Shown in pieces: positions 19,726 to 38,484 of a stretch of 64,000 nt of DNA (its first letter is position 1; each line of letters starts with the position of its first letter). Origin of the DNA: Escherichia phage RB32. Below the pieces are notes generated by a model. The model did no database searches. It was given only the letters and a program-made list of their open reading frames with translations, and was not told the DNA's origin. Location of the stretch: sequence record NC_008515.1; one strand, given 5' to 3'. The position numbers and the translations under genes are program-made.

Positions 19726-20722
19726 TTCAAGTGTTATCTATCGTGCGATAGTTACTTCAAAATTTAGAACAGAAAAAATGTTGAATTTTTATAATTCAAT
19801 TGGAAGTGGTCCGGATAAAAACACTATCTTTATCACATTTGGAAGATCAGAACCGTGGTCATCAAATGAAAATGAGGTGGGCTTTGCCCCACCTTATCCT
19901 ACCGATTCTGTATTAGGTGTAACTGACATGTGGACTCATATGATGGGAACAGTAAAAGTTCTTCCATCTATGCTTGATGCAGTTATTCCTCGTCGAGATT
20001 GGGGAGATACTAGATATCCGGATCCATACACATTTAGAATTAATGATATTGTAGTGTGCAACTCAGCTCCTTACAACGCTACTGAATCAGGCGCGGGATG
20101 GTTAGTGTATCGCTGTTTAGATGTTCCTGATACTGGAATGTGCTCAATAGCATCTTTAACTAATAAGGATGAATGCCTTAAATTAGGTGGAAAATGGACT
20201 CCTTCTGCTAGGTCAATGACTCCTCCTGAAGGCCGAGGAGATGCTGAAGGAACAATTGAACCCGGCGATGGATATGTATGGGAATATCTTTTTGAGATTC
20301 CGCCTGATGTATCTATAAATAGATGCACGAATGAGTATATTGTAGTTCCTTGGCCTGAGGAATTAAAAGAAGACCCGACTAGATGGGGGTATGAAGATAA
20401 TCTCACTTGGCAGCAAGATGATTTTGGGTTAATTTATCGTGTTAAAGCTAATACAATTCGTTTTAAAGCATATTTAGATTCAGTTTATTTTCCTGAAGCT
20501 GCATTGCCGGGAAATAAAGGATTTAGACAAATATCGATAATTACAAATCCTCTTGAAGCTAAAGTTCATCCAAATGATCCAAACGTTAAAGCTGAAAAGG
20601 ATTATTATGATCCTGAAGATTTAATGAGGCATTCGGGTGAAATGATTTATATGGAAAATAGGCCACCTATTATTATGGCAATGGATCAGACAGAAGAAAT
20701 CAATATTCTGTTTACATTTTAA
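19718..20722 (+). CDS. 8: gp8 baseplate wedge protein
   Basis: 334 aa, gene order. Confidence 0.9.
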   Translation: MNDSSVIYRAIVTSKFRTEKMLNFYNSIGSGPDKNTIFITFGRSEPWSSNENEVGFAPPYPTDSVLGVTDMWTHMMGTVKVLPSMLDAVIPRRDWGDTRYPDPYTFRINDIVVCNSAPYNATESGAGWLVYRCLDVPDTGMCSIASLTNKDECLKLGGKWTPSARSMTPPEGRGDAEGTIEPGDGYVWEYLFEIPPDVSINRCTNEYIVVPWPEELKEDPTRWGYEDNLTWQQDDFGLIYRVKANTIRFKAYLDSVYFPEAALPGNKGFRQISIITNPLEAKVHPNDPNVKAEKDYYDPEDLMRHSGEMIYMENRPPIIMAMDQTEEINILFTF

Positions 20723-20727
20723 ATTAA

Positions 20728-20745
20728 GGGAGCCCATGGGCTCCC
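20728..20745 (+). terminator. Hairpin GGGAGCCCATGGGCTCCC + T-run after gene 8
   Basis: Perfect palindrome followed by TTTTTCTTT. Confidence 0.55.
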
Positions 20746-20753
20746 TTTTTCTT

Positions 20754-20761
20754 TATAAATA
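20754..20761 (+). promoter_or_regulatory. Late promoter TATAAATA for gene 9
   Basis: Exact octamer about 25 nt upstream of the ATG. Confidence 0.55.
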
Positions 20762-20785
20762 CTATAAACTCATAAGGAAACCGCT

Positions 20786-21652
20786 ATGTTCATTCAAGAA
20801 CCAAAGAAATTGATTGATACCGGCGAAATTGGTAACGCTTCTACTGGTGATATCTTATTCGACGGTGGTAATAAAATTAATAGTGATTTTAACGCAATTT
20901 ATAACGCGTTTGGCGATCAACGTAAAATGGCAGTAGCAAATGGCACTGGAGCTGATGGTCAAATTATCCATGCTACTGGATATTATCAAAAACACTCTAT
21001 CGCGGAGTACGCAACTCCAGTAAAAGTTGGCACTAGACATGATATTGATACTTCTACCGTAGGTGTTAAAGTTATCATTGAAAGAGGCGAACTTGGCGAC
21101 TGCGTTGAATTTATTAACTCGAATGGATCAATATCAGTTACTAATCCTTTAACGATTCAAGCTATTGATTCAATTAAAGGCGTTTCAGGTAATTTAGTAG
21201 TAACTAGTCCATATAGTAAAGTTACTTTACGTTGTATTTCATCTGATAATTCTACGTCAGTTTGGAATTATTCTATTGAAAGTATGTTTGGGCAAAAGGA
21301 ATCACCAGCTGAAGGTACACGGAATATTTCTACATCTGGATCAGTTGACATTCCACTATTTCATCGCACTGAATACAATATGGCTAAATTGCTAGTTACG
21401 TGCCAATCAGTAGATGGAAGAAAAATTAAAACAGCAGAAATAAATATTCTTGTGGATACTGTTAATTCAGAGGTCATTTCTTCTGAATATGCTGTCATGC
21501 GAGTTGGGAATGAAACCGAAGAAGACGAAATCGCTAATATTGCATTTAGTATTAAAGAAAATTACGTAACGGCGACTATAAGTTCTTCAACTGTCGGTAT
21601 GAGAGCAGCAGTTAAAGTTATCGCTACGCAGAAAATCGGGGTGGCTCAATAA
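20786..21652 (+). CDS. 9: gp9 baseplate protein (long tail fibre socket)
   Basis: 288 aa, gene order. Confidence 0.9.
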   Translation: MFIQEPKKLIDTGEIGNASTGDILFDGGNKINSDFNAIYNAFGDQRKMAVANGTGADGQIIHATGYYQKHSIAEYATPVKVGTRHDIDTSTVGVKVIIERGELGDCVEFINSNGSISVTNPLTIQAIDSIKGVSGNLVVTSPYSKVTLRCISSDNSTSVWNYSIESMFGQKESPAEGTRNISTSGSVDIPLFHRTEYNMAKLLVTCQSVDGRKIKTAEINILVDTVNSEVISSEYAVMRVGNETEEDEIANIAFSIKENYVTATISSSTVGMRAAVKVIATQKIGVAQ

Positions 21653-23457
21653 TGAAACAAAATATTAATATCGGTAATGTTGTAGATGATGGTACAGGTG
21701 ACTACCTGCGTAAAGGTGGTATAAAAATAAATGAAAACTTTGATGAGCTTTATTATGAACTCGGTGATGGTAATGTTCCATATTCAGCCGGTGCTTGGAA
21801 AACTTATAATGCTTCATCTGGGCAAACATTAAAAGCTGAATGGGGAAAATCATACACTATTAATACTTCGTCTGGAAGAGTAACACTGCAACTTCCTAAA
21901 GGAACTGTTAATGATTATAATAAAGTAATTAGAGCTAGGGATGTATTTGCAACATGGAATGTTAATCCAGTTACTTTAGTAGCCGCTTCTGGTGATACTA
22001 TCAAAGGATCATCGTCATCGGTTGAAATTAACGTTCAATTTAGTGATTTAGAGCTAGTTTATTGCGCTCCGGGCCGTTGGGAATATGTCAAAAATAAACA
22101 AATTGACAAAATTATTAGTTCAGACATTAGCAATGTAGCTCGTAAAGAATTTTTAGTCGAAGTTCAAGGACAAACAGACTTTTTAGATATTTTCCGTGGA
22201 ACTAGTTATAATGTTAATAACATCAGAGTAAAACACCGCGGTAATGAATTGTATTACGGCGATGTTTTTAGCGAAAACAGTGACTTTGGCTCTCCAGGGG
22301 AAAATGAAGGAGAATTGGTTCCTCTTGATGGATTTAATATTAGATTAAGACAGCCTTGTAATGTTGGTGACACTGTTCAAATTGAAACATTTATGGATGG
22401 TGTATCGCAGTGGAGAAGTTCATACACAAGACGTCAAATAAAAATATTAGATTCAAAATTAACATCAAAAACTTCTTTGGAAGGAAGTATTTACGTTACT
22501 GATTTATCGGCAATGAAATCAATTCCATTCTCCGCATTTGGATTAATTCCAGGAGAACCTATTAATCCTAATTCTCTTGAAGTTCGTTTTAATGGAATTT
22601 TACAACAACAAGCTGGAACAGCCGGATATCCTCTGTTTTTATGTGAAGGTGCTAATTCAGATACGCAAGAAGGATGTATATCTCTTGGCGGTGAATGGAA
22701 AGAATCAAACACAGATTATTCTATAGAATATGAAGATGGAAAACCGATCAGTCTTTTATTTGATAGAAAATTTGAATCAGGCGATATAATCGTTATAACG
22801 TGGTTCAATAATGATTTAGGAACTCTTTTGGAAAAAGATGACATTATTGAATTAACTGATGAACGCTATGTTAGCAAAGGATCATCTACTGAAGTTACTG
22901 GTGATGTAGCCTTAACTGATTTTGATAAAATCGGTTGGCCAAATGTTGAAAAAGTTGATTCTTATACTAGAACGTATAATTCAATATCATCTATTTTCGA
23001 TAGCATTTATCCCATTGGTTCAATTTATGAAAATGCTATAAACCCAAATAATCCAGTAACTTATATGGGATTTGGTTCATGGAAATTATTTGGTAAAGGG
23101 CAGGTTTTAGTAGGATGGAATGATGATGTCACAGATCCAAACTTTGCATTAAACAATAATGATTTAGATTTTAGCGGAAATCCTTCACATACCGCCGGTG
23201 GAACAGTTGGTACAACATCAGTAACGCTTGAAAACGCAAATCTTCCTGCGACTAAAACTGATGAAAGAGTTTTAATTGAAGACGAAAATGGATCAGTTAT
23301 TATTGGAGGATGTCAATATGACCCAGACGAAACTGGTCCTATATATACAAAATATCGTGAAGACTACGCAACAACAAACTCTTCACATACTCCTCCTGCT
23401 AATATTAGTAATATTCAACCGTCTATTACTGTATACCGTTGGATAAGGATTGCATAA
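21652..23457 (+). CDS. 10: gp10 baseplate wedge protein
   Basis: 601 aa, gene order. Confidence 0.9.
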   Translation: MKQNINIGNVVDDGTGDYLRKGGIKINENFDELYYELGDGNVPYSAGAWKTYNASSGQTLKAEWGKSYTINTSSGRVTLQLPKGTVNDYNKVIRARDVFATWNVNPVTLVAASGDTIKGSSSSVEINVQFSDLELVYCAPGRWEYVKNKQIDKIISSDISNVARKEFLVEVQGQTDFLDIFRGTSYNVNNIRVKHRGNELYYGDVFSENSDFGSPGENEGELVPLDGFNIRLRQPCNVGDTVQIETFMDGVSQWRSSYTRRQIKILDSKLTSKTSLEGSIYVTDLSAMKSIPFSAFGLIPGEPINPNSLEVRFNGILQQQAGTAGYPLFLCEGANSDTQEGCISLGGEWKESNTDYSIEYEDGKPISLLFDRKFESGDIIVITWFNNDLGTLLEKDDIIELTDERYVSKGSSTEVTGDVALTDFDKIGWPNVEKVDSYTRTYNSISSIFDSIYPIGSIYENAINPNNPVTYMGFGSWKLFGKGQVLVGWNDDVTDPNFALNNNDLDFSGNPSHTAGGTVGTTSVTLENANLPATKTDERVLIEDENGSVIIGGCQYDPDETGPIYTKYREDYATTNSSHTPPANISNIQPSITVYRWIRIA

Positions 23458-24116
23458 TGAGTTTACTTAATAATAAAGCGGGAGTTATTTCCCGCTTAGC
23501 AGATTTTCTTGGTTTTAGAACTAAGAAAAATGATATTTCGGTTATGAATAATCAGCCAGTAGGTGCTGTAACAATTTCACAAATAGCAAAAGGTTTTTAT
23601 GACCCAAATGTAGAATCTGCTATCAATGATGTTAGAAATATGGCAGAGCAACAGGTTGGAGCTGTATTAGTTAATATAAGTGGCGTATCTCCTACTGGCG
23701 TGCAGCAAACAGACTATTGGTCATTTGAAGGAACTGTTACTGATACTTCAGCCAAACCAGGTGACCCAGTTATTGTTAATATGTTTGGCATTCCTGTTAA
23801 AGCTACTAATGGAATGACTTCAATCGAATTTACCAGTGCCGTTAGAATAGCTCTACAGGAAATGGTTGCAAAATTTATTGCAATTGATTCATTTGAAGAC
23901 CATCCTACCATAGGAAATAAAATACAAGTTAAGTATTTAGATAACCAAGAACATATCTTAGAACAATACTCTGATAAAGGAATTACTTTCAAACAAGAAA
24001 TAATTTCTCCTTCTAAACCTGGATACGGAACTTGGCAATTATTAGGTGCGCAAACTGTCACGCTAGATAGTCACACACAACCTACAGTATTTTATTATTT
24101 TGAGAGAATAGCATGA
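23457..24116 (+). CDS. 11: gp11 baseplate wedge / short tail fibre connector
   Basis: Start at ATG overlapping the gp10 stop (TAATG), giving 219 aa as in T4; ORF track extension starts at TTG. Confidence 0.9.
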   Translation: MSLLNNKAGVISRLADFLGFRTKKNDISVMNNQPVGAVTISQIAKGFYDPNVESAINDVRNMAEQQVGAVLVNISGVSPTGVQQTDYWSFEGTVTDTSAKPGDPVIVNMFGIPVKATNGMTSIEFTSAVRIALQEMVAKFIAIDSFEDHPTIGNKIQVKYLDNQEHILEQYSDKGITFKQEIISPSKPGYGTWQLLGAQTVTLDSHTQPTVFYYFERIA

Positions 24117-25663
24117 GTAATAATACATATCAGCACGTATCAAATGAATCAAAATATGTTAAATTCGATCCAGTAGGATCGAATTTTCCTGACACTGTTA
24201 CGACAGTGCAGTCTGCATTATCAAAAATAAGTAATATTGGCGTAAATGGTATTCCTGATGCAACTATGGAAGTTAAAGGAATAGCAATGATTGCGTCAGA
24301 GCAAGAGGTTTTAGATGGAACTAATAATTCTAAAATCGTTACACCCGCTACATTAGCAACAAGATTATTGTATCCAAATGCTACTGAAACTAAATATGGT
24401 TTAACACGCTATTCAACAAATGAAGAAACGTTAGAAGGCTCAGATAATAATTCATCAATAACACCACAAAAACTGAAATACCACACTGACGATGTGTTCC
24501 AAAATAGATATTCGTCTGAGTCGTCAAACGGGGTTATTAAAATATCATCTACACCTGCAGCTTTGGCTGGAGTTGATGATACTACGGCAATGACTCCATT
24601 AAAAACCCAAAAACTTGCAATAAAATTAATTTCACAAATAGCTCCTTCCGAAGATACTGCATCAGAATCTGTGAGAGGTGTAGTTCAATTATCTACTGTT
24701 GCGCAAACTCGTCAAGGAACTCTCCGCGAAGGATATGCAATTTCTCCGTATACCTTTATGAATTCTGTTGCAACACAAGAATATAAGGGTGTTATACGTT
24801 TAGGAACACAATCGGAAATTAACAGTAATTTAGGAGATGTTGCAGTAACAGGTGAAACATTAAATGGTCGAGGAGCTACTAGTTCTATGCGTGGAGTAGT
24901 TAAATTAACGACGCAAGCCGGTATTGCCCCCGAAGGTGATGGCTCTGGAGCATTAGCATGGAACGCAGATGTAATTAATACTCGCGGTGGACAAACTATT
25001 AACGGTTCTTTAAATTTAGACCATCTTACAGCAAATGGAATTTGGTCACGCGGCGGTATGTGGAAAAATGGCGATCAACCTGTTGCCACTGAAAGATATG
25101 CGTCCGAAAGGGTTCCAGTTGGAACTATTATGATGTTTGCGGGTGATTCTGCACCTCCAGGTTGGATTATGTGTCATGGTGGAACTGTGTCAGGAGACCA
25201 ATATCCTGATTATAGAAACACAGTTGGAGCAAGATTTGGTGGTGATTGGAATAACCCCGGCATTCCTGATATGAGAGGTCTTTTCGTTAGAGGAGCTGGA
25301 ACAGGCGGTCATATTTTAAATCAACGAGGACAAGATGGTTACGGGAAGGATAGACTTGGCGTAGGATGTGACGGAATGCATGTTGGTGGTGTCCAGGCAC
25401 AACAAATGTCATACCATAAACACGCTGGTGGATGGGGAGAATACCAAAGACATGAAGCTCCATTTGGCGCGTCCGTTTATCAAGGATATCTTGGAACTAG
25501 AAAATATTCCGACTGGGATAATGCTTCATACTTCACTAATGATGGATTTGAATTAGGTGGACCGAGAGATGCCCTTGGTACACTTAATCGTGAAGGATTA
25601 ATTGGTTATGAAACTAGACCATGGAATATATCATTAAACTATATTATTAAAATTCATTACTAA
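24113..25663 (+). CDS. 12: gp12 short tail fibre
   Basis: 516 aa, gene order; T4 gp12 is a few residues longer as recalled. Confidence 0.9.
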   Translation: MSNNTYQHVSNESKYVKFDPVGSNFPDTVTTVQSALSKISNIGVNGIPDATMEVKGIAMIASEQEVLDGTNNSKIVTPATLATRLLYPNATETKYGLTRYSTNEETLEGSDNNSSITPQKLKYHTDDVFQNRYSSESSNGVIKISSTPAALAGVDDTTAMTPLKTQKLAIKLISQIAPSEDTASESVRGVVQLSTVAQTRQGTLREGYAISPYTFMNSVATQEYKGVIRLGTQSEINSNLGDVAVTGETLNGRGATSSMRGVVKLTTQAGIAPEGDGSGALAWNADVINTRGGQTINGSLNLDHLTANGIWSRGGMWKNGDQPVATERYASERVPVGTIMMFAGDSAPPGWIMCHGGTVSGDQYPDYRNTVGARFGGDWNNPGIPDMRGLFVRGAGTGGHILNQRGQDGYGKDRLGVGCDGMHVGGVQAQQMSYHKHAGGWGEYQRHEAPFGASVYQGYLGTRKYSDWDNASYFTNDGFELGGPRDALGTLNREGLIGYETRPWNISLNYIIKIHY

Positions 25664-25672
25664 GGATTACAA

Positions 25673-27130
25673 ATGATTGAATTAAAAGATTTACCTTTTG
25701 TTGATAGCGTTCCTGGCGAAGGTCAGGAACGTATTTCATGGATTAAAAATGGTGAAGAAATACTAGGAGCTAGTACTAAGTATGGAAACGATGGATCAAT
25801 GAATAGACCAACTGTTTCTGTGTTTAAAAACGTCGAGGTTCTTGATGAAAATGTGGGAATTCTTAAAACTGCCATTGAAACATCACAGAAAGATATTAAA
25901 ACAATTCAAGGAGTTTTAGATGTATCAGGAGATATAGAAGCACTATCGCAGATCAGTGTTAATAAAAATGACATATCAAATTTAAAGACACTTACTAATG
26001 AACACACTGATATATTAACTGGAACTAATAATACAGTTGACAAAATTATTGCTGATATAGGTCCATTTAATGATGAAGAAAATTCTGTTTATAGAACAAT
26101 TAGAAATGATTTATTGTGGATTAAACAGGAATTAGGACAATATTCTGGCCAAGATATTAACGGTCTTCCTGTTGTTGGTAATGCTAGCACAGGAATGAAA
26201 CACAGAATAATAACAAATAGTACATTATTATCTTCACAAGGCATTCGTTTAAGCGAATTAGAAAATAAATTTACTGAATCTGACGTAGGATCATTAACTG
26301 TTGAAGTTGGTAAATTACGTGATGAACTTGGTAATAAACCGGTAGATTTTGGACCAAATATTTATAATAGATTAAACACTATAGATGATAAACAAACTTT
26401 AATAAATTCTGATATAGCAGAAATTAAATCTTCTATTGGATACCCAGAAAATGTTTCTATAATAACAGAAATTAATAATAACAAAAGTAGCATTGAATCT
26501 ATTAATAATGAATTAAATCAGAGTGAAGGTGTTAAACAGCGCTTAACGGCTATTGAAACTTCTATAGGTTCAGATGATATTCCTTCTAGTATTAAAGGAA
26601 AAATTAAAAATCACACAACTTCTATTGAGTCTTTAAACGGAATTGTTGGTGAAAACACTTCGTCTGGTTTAAGAGCGAATGTTTCGTGGTTAAATCAAAT
26701 TGTTGGAACTGACTCCAGCGGAGGACAACCGTCTCCTTCTGGATCTCTATTAAATAAAGTTTCAGTGCTTGAAGGAGAAGTTTCAGTTTTAAACAATAAT
26801 GTTCAAAATATACAAGTTGAAATAGGAAATAATAGAACAGGAATTAAAGGTCAAGTTATTGAACTTACTTCACTTATAAATGGAAATAATCCTGACGGAT
26901 CAACTGTTGAAGAACGAGGATTAACTAATTCTGTAAAAACGAATGAAACCAACATTGCGGCAGTCACACATGAAGTAAATACAGCTAAAGACAATATATC
27001 CTCTTTACAGAGCAGCGTTCAAGCTCTACAAGAAGCAGGTTATATTCCTGAAGCTCCAAAAGATGGCCAAGCTTACGTTCGTAAAGACGGCGAATGGGTA
27101 CTACTTTCTACCTTTTTATCACCAGCATAA
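25673..27130 (+). CDS. wac: Fibritin (whisker antigen control)
   Basis: Long coiled-coil heptads and C-terminal foldon [27 protein letters not shown]. Confidence 0.95.
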   Translation: MIELKDLPFVDSVPGEGQERISWIKNGEEILGASTKYGNDGSMNRPTVSVFKNVEVLDENVGILKTAIETSQKDIKTIQGVLDVSGDIEALSQISVNKNDISNLKTLTNEHTDILTGTNNTVDKIIADIGPFNDEENSVYRTIRNDLLWIKQELGQYSGQDINGLPVVGNASTGMKHRIITNSTLLSSQGIRLSELENKFTESDVGSLTVEVGKLRDELGNKPVDFGPNIYNRLNTIDDKQTLINSDIAEIKSSIGYPENVSIITEINNNKSSIESINNELNQSEGVKQRLTAIETSIGSDDIPSSIKGKIKNHTTSIESLNGIVGENTSSGLRANVSWLNQIVGTDSSGGQPSPSGSLLNKVSVLEGEVSVLNNNVQNIQVEIGNNRTGIKGQVIELTSLINGNNPDGSTVEERGLTNSVKTNETNIAAVTHEVNTAKDNISSLQSSVQALQEAGYIPEAPKDGQAYVRKDGEWVLLSTFLSPA

Positions 27131-27162
27131 CATGGGGGCCGCAAGGCCCCAAAGGATTTTAA

Positions 27163-28864
<1,702 letters not shown>

Positions 28865-28905
28865 TAAATATTATAAACTAATTAAAGCCCAGATTAGGAG
28901 AAATC

Positions 28906-32043
<3,138 letters not shown>

Positions 32044-32074
32044 ATATATTAAAGCATATTAAAGAGGATTAAAA

Positions 32075-34054
32075 ATGACTTTATTATCTCCGGGCATTGA
32101 GCTCAAAGAAACTACGGTTCAAAGCACCGTGGTTAATAACTCTACTGGTACAGCAGCTTTGGCCGGTAAATTCCAGTGGGGTCCTGCTTTTCAGATTAAA
32201 CAGGTTACAAATGAAGTAGATTTAGTTAATACTTTTGGTCAACCAACCGCTGAAACTGCTGACTATTTTATGTCTGCGATGAATTTCTTGCAGTACGGAA
32301 ATGACTTACGAGTAGTTCGTGCTGTTGATAGAGATACCGCTAAAAACTCATCTCCGATTGCCGGTAATATTGAATACACAATTTCTACCCCAGGTAGTAA
32401 CTACGCAGTTGGAGATAAAATCACGGTCAAATATGTTTCAGATGCTATTGAAACTGAAGGTAAAATTACTGAAGTAGACACAGATGGAAAAATTAAGAAA
32501 ATTAATATTCCTACTGCAAAAATTATCGCTAAAGCTAAAGAAGTCGGTGAATATCCAACACTAGGTTCTAACTGGACTGCGGAAATTTCTTCATCTTCCT
32601 CTGGTTTAGCTGCAGTAATAACTCTTGGAAAAATTATTACTGATTCTGGTATTTTATTAGCTGAAATTGAAAATGCTGAAGCTGCTATGACAGCGGTTGA
32701 CTTTCAAGCAAATCTTAAAAAATACGGAATTCCAGGAGTAGTAGCGCTTTATCCAGGCGAATTGGGCGATAAAATTGAAATTGAAATCGTATCTAAAGCT
32801 GACTATGCAAAAGGAGCTTCTGCATTACTCCCAATTTATCCGGGCGGTGGTACTCGCGCATCTACTGCTAAAGCAGTGTTTGGATATGGACCACAAACTG
32901 ATTCACAGTACGCTATTATAGTTCGTCGCAATGATGCTATTGTTCAAAGCGTTGTTCTTTCAACTAAGCGTGGTGAAAAAGATATTTACGATAGTAACAT
33001 CTATATCGATGACTTTTTCGCAAAAGGCGGCTCAGAATATATTTTTGCAACTGCACAAAACTGGCCAGAAGGCTTCTCTGGAATTTTAACTCTGTCTGGT
33101 GGATTATCATCAAATGCTGAAGTAACAGCAGGAGATTTGATGGAAGCTTGGGACTTCTTTGCTGACCGTGAATCTGTTGACGTTCAACTGTTTATTGCAG
33201 GTTCTTGTGCCGGTGAATCTTTAGAAACAGCATCTACCGTCCAAAAACACGTCGTTTCAATTGGGGATGCTCGCCAAGATTGCTTAGTATTGTGTTCTCC
33301 TCCGCGTGAAACTGTGGTTGGAATTCCTGTAACTCGTGCAGTTGATAACTTAGTCAATTGGAGAACTGCAGCAGGTTCATACACTGATAATAACTTTAAT
33401 ATCAGTTCAACCTATGCAGCAATTGATGGTAACTACAAGTATCAGTATGACAAATATAATGATGTGAATCGTTGGGTTCCATTAGCAGCTGATATTGCTG
33501 GTTTATGCGCAAGAACTGATAACGTATCTCAGACTTGGATGTCACCAGCTGGTTATAATCGTGGCCAGATTCTTAACGTTATTAAACTTGCTATTGAAAC
33601 TCGCCAAGCTCAGCGCGACCGTTTATACCAAGAAGCTATCAACCCGGTAACCGGTACAGGTGGTGATGGTTACGTATTGTATGGTGATAAAACAGCTACT
33701 TCTGTTCCTTCTCCATTTGATCGTATTAACGTTCGTCGTCTGTTTAATATGTTGAAAACGAATATCGGACGTAGTTCAAAATATCGTTTGTTCGAATTAA
33801 ACAACGCGTTTACTCGTTCATCATTCCGCACAGAAACTGCCCAATACTTACAGGGAATTAAAGCTCTCGGTGGAATTTATGAATATCGTGTAGTTTGCGA
33901 TACAACAAATAACACTCCGTCAGTAATTGATAGAAATGAGTTTGTTGCAACATTCTACATCCAACCGGCTAGAAGCATTAACTACATTACCTTGAACTTC
34001 GTAGCAACTGCTACTGGTGCAGATTTCGATGAGTTAACTGGTCTTGCAGGTTAA
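32075..34054 (+). CDS. 18: gp18 tail sheath protein
   Basis: 659 aa; TATAAATA late promoter at 32039-32046. Confidence 0.95.
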   Translation: MTLLSPGIELKETTVQSTVVNNSTGTAALAGKFQWGPAFQIKQVTNEVDLVNTFGQPTAETADYFMSAMNFLQYGNDLRVVRAVDRDTAKNSSPIAGNIEYTISTPGSNYAVGDKITVKYVSDAIETEGKITEVDTDGKIKKINIPTAKIIAKAKEVGEYPTLGSNWTAEISSSSSGLAAVITLGKIITDSGILLAEIENAEAAMTAVDFQANLKKYGIPGVVALYPGELGDKIEIEIVSKADYAKGASALLPIYPGGGTRASTAKAVFGYGPQTDSQYAIIVRRNDAIVQSVVLSTKRGEKDIYDSNIYIDDFFAKGGSEYIFATAQNWPEGFSGILTLSGGLSSNAEVTAGDLMEAWDFFADRESVDVQLFIAGSCAGESLETASTVQKHVVSIGDARQDCLVLCSPPRETVVGIPVTRAVDNLVNWRTAAGSYTDNNFNISSTYAAIDGNYKYQYDKYNDVNRWVPLAADIAGLCARTDNVSQTWMSPAGYNRGQILNVIKLAIETRQAQRDRLYQEAINPVTGTGGDGYVLYGDKTATSVPSPFDRINVRRLFNMLKTNIGRSSKYRLFELNNAFTRSSFRTETAQYLQGIKALGGIYEYRVVCDTTNNTPSVIDRNEFVATFYIQPARSINYITLNFVATATGADFDELTGLAG

Positions 34055-34170
34055 TACGGTGCATTCTAAAGGCCTGTTTCGGCAGGCCATATAAATACAC
34101 TATATCCTTAATTCTTTAATTCTATATGCCCTAGGTTAAACATAGGGATATAAATACTACAGAGGCTAAT

Positions 34171-34662
34171 ATGTTTGTAGATGATGTAACACGAGCGTTT
34201 GAATCTGGTGATTTTGCTCGACCTAACTTATTCCAAGTAGAAATTTCTTATCTTGGACAAAATTTTACGTTTCAATGTAAAGCCACTGCTTTACCAGCTG
34301 GTATTGTAGAAAAAATTCCAGTCGGATTTATGAACCGTAAAATTAACGTAGCAGGCGATCGTACATTCGATGACTGGACTATTACAGTAATGAATGATGA
34401 GGCGCATGATGCACGCCAGAAGTTTGTTGACTGGCAAAGCATTGCTGCTGGGCAAGGAAACGAAATTACTGGTGGAAAACCAGCAGAGTATAAAAAGAGT
34501 GCTATTGTACGCCAATATGCTCGTGACGCTAAAACTGTAACAAAAGAAGTCGAAATTAAAGGCCTGTGGCCTACTAACGTGGGTGAACTTCAGTTAGATT
34601 GGGATTCAAACAATGAAATCCAAACCTTTGAAGTAACTCTCGCTCTCGATTATTGGGAATAA
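34171..34662 (+). CDS. 19: gp19 tail tube protein
   Basis: 163 aa; two TATAAATA promoters upstream (34090-34097, 34149-34156). Confidence 0.95.
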   Translation: MFVDDVTRAFESGDFARPNLFQVEISYLGQNFTFQCKATALPAGIVEKIPVGFMNRKINVAGDRTFDDWTITVMNDEAHDARQKFVDWQSIAAGQGNEITGGKPAEYKKSAIVRQYARDAKTVTKEVEIKGLWPTNVGELQLDWDSNNEIQTFEVTLALDYWE

Positions 34663-34694
34663 AATGAATGGGGAGAAATCCCCATCCTGCTTAA

Positions 34695-36319
<1,625 letters not shown>

Positions 36320-36320
<1 letters not shown>

Positions 36321-36562
36321 TGGAAGGTTTAATTGAAGCTATTAAATCAAACGACCTCGTAGCCGCTCGTAAATTATTTGCTGAAGCCATGGCTGCAAGA
36401 ACGATTGATTTAATTAAAGAAGAAAAAATCGCTATCGCTCGTAATTTCTTAATCGAAGGTGAAGAACCTGAAGACGAGGATGATGACGAAGATGGTGATG
36501 ATAAAGACGACAAAAAAGACAAAGACTCTGACGAAGATGACGAAGACGAGGATGATGAATAA
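36320..36562 (+). CDS. 67: gp67 prohead core protein with acidic C-terminal tract
   Basis: 80 aa; [11 protein letters not shown]... low-complexity tail. Confidence 0.85.
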
Positions 36563-36987
36563 TGCTTCTGATCCCTGAAACTCATGAATTAGTTCTCGAG
36601 AATGTCGAAGCACTTATTTCTGAAGCACAGGGTCGCTTTGACGAATTGTCTTCTGCTTTAAATAAAGACGATATAAATACAATTGTCGAGAATATGCTTG
36701 ATGATGAAACTGATTTAGCAGTTGCATTAGCTTCTATTAATGAAAACATGCCGTTAAATGAATTCATTGTTAAGCACGTTTCAGCTCGTGGTGAAATTAC
36801 ACGTACTAAAGACCGCAAAACACGTGAACGTAATGCATTTCAAACCACTGGGCTGTCTAAAGCAAAACGTAGACAAATTGCTCGCAAAGCTACCAAAACG
36901 AAGATTGCCAATCCAGCAGGTCAATCTCGTGCTCAGCGTAAGCGTAAAAAAGCTCTTAAACGCCGTAAAGCATTAGGATTAAGCTAA
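36562..36987 (+). CDS. 68: gp68 prohead core protein
   Basis: 141 aa, gene order. Confidence 0.85.
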   Translation: MLLIPETHELVLENVEALISEAQGRFDELSSALNKDDINTIVENMLDDETDLAVALASINENMPLNEFIVKHVSARGEITRTKDRKTRERNAFQTTGLSKAKRRQIARKATKTKIANPAGQSRAQRKRKKALKRRKALGLS

Positions 36988-37640
36988 TGAATGAACCCCA
37001 ATTACTAATTGAAACTTGGGGTCAACCTGGCGAAATTATTGATGGTGTGCCAATGCTCGAATCCCACGATGGAAAAGACTTAGGTTTAAAACCGGGTTTA
37101 TACATCGAAGGAATATTCATGCAAGCGGAAGTCGTCAATAGAAATAAACGTCTTTATCCAAAACGCATATTAGAAAAAGCGGTAAAAGACTATATTAATG
37201 AGCAAGTTTTAACTAAACAAGCTCTCGGAGAATTAAATCATCCTCCACGCGCTAATGTTGACCCGATGCAAGCCGCTATCATTATAGAAGATATGTGGTG
37301 GAAAGGAAATGACGTATACGGACGAGCTCGTGTTATTGAAGGTGACCATGGTCCTGGAGATAAATTAGCAGCTAATATTCGTGCCGGATGGATTCCAGGA
37401 GTTTCTTCTCGTGGATTAGGTTCATTGACTGACACAAATAAAGGTTATCGTATCGTAAACGAAGGATTCAAATTAACTGTAGGTGTTGATGCAGTATGGG
37501 GCCCAAGTGCTCCAGATGCATGGGTAACTCCTAAGGAAATTACCGAATCACAGACGGCGGAAGCCGATACAAGTGCCGATGACGCCTATATGGCTCTCGC
37601 AGAGGCCATGAAAAAAAGCGTTATAAATATTATTATCTAA
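36987..37640 (+). CDS. 21: gp21 prohead core protease
   Basis: 217 aa, position between 68 and 22. Confidence 0.9.
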   Translation: MNEPQLLIETWGQPGEIIDGVPMLESHDGKDLGLKPGLYIEGIFMQAEVVNRNKRLYPKRILEKAVKDYINEQVLTKQALGELNHPPRANVDPMQAAIIIEDMWWKGNDVYGRARVIEGDHGPGDKLAANIRAGWIPGVSSRGLGSLTDTNKGYRIVNEGFKLTVGVDAVWGPSAPDAWVTPKEITESQTAEADTSADDAYMALAEAMKKSVINIII

Positions 37641-37656
37641 ACAACAGGACTACAAA

Positions 37657-38466
37657 ATGCTTAAAGAACAACTGATTGCTGAAGCGCAAAAAATTGATGC
37701 TTCCGTTGCTCTTGATAGTATTTTCGAATCAGTTAATATTTCTCCGGAAGCAAAAGAAACTTTCGGCACTGTATTCGAAGCTACCGTCAAGCAGCACGCC
37801 GTTAAATTAGCTGAATCTCATATCGCTAAAATTGCTGAAAAAGCAGAAGAAGAAGTAGAAAAAAATAAAGAAGAAGCCGAAGAAAAAGCTGAGAAGAAAA
37901 TCGCTGAGCAAGCTTCTAAATTCATTGACCATCTTGCGAAAGAATGGCTCGCTGAAAATAAATTAGCAGTTGATAAAGGCATCAAAGCCGAACTGTTTGA
38001 ATCCATGCTTGGTGGATTAAAAGAGCTCTTTGTTGAACACAACGTTGTTGTTCCAGAAGAATCAGTTGATGTTGTGGCTGAAATGGAAGAAGAGTTGCAA
38101 GAACATAAAGAAGAATCAGCTCGTCTGTTCGAAGAACTCAATATGCGCGACGCATATATCAATTATGTGCAGCGTGAAGTGGCATTGAGCGAAAGTACTA
38201 AAGATCTGACTGAGTCTCAAAAAGAAAAAGTCTCTGCTCTGGTCGAAGGTATGGATTATTCAGATGAATTCTCAAATAAATTGAGTGCCATCGTAGAAAT
38301 GGTGAAGAAGTCTAATAAAGATGAAAGCACTATTACTGAGGGTATAAATACTCCTGATACTGAAGCAGCCGGACTGAATTTCGTCACTGAAGCTGTAGAA
38401 GATAAAGCTGCACCTGGTGCAGAAGATATTGTAAGTGTATATGCGAAAGTCGCATCTCGTTTCTAA
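37657..38466 (+). CDS. 22: gp22 major prohead scaffolding core protein
   Basis: 269 aa, coiled-coil, acidic. Confidence 0.9.
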   Translation: MLKEQLIAEAQKIDASVALDSIFESVNISPEAKETFGTVFEATVKQHAVKLAESHIAKIAEKAEEEVEKNKEEAEEKAEKKIAEQASKFIDHLAKEWLAENKLAVDKGIKAELFESMLGGLKELFVEHNVVVPEESVDVVAEMEEELQEHKEESARLFEELNMRDAYINYVQREVALSESTKDLTESQKEKVSALVEGMDYSDEFSNKLSAIVEMVKKSNKDESTITEGINTPDTEAAGLNFVTEAVEDKAAPGAEDIVSVYAKVASRF

Positions 38467-38484
38467 TTTTAAAGGTTAACACAA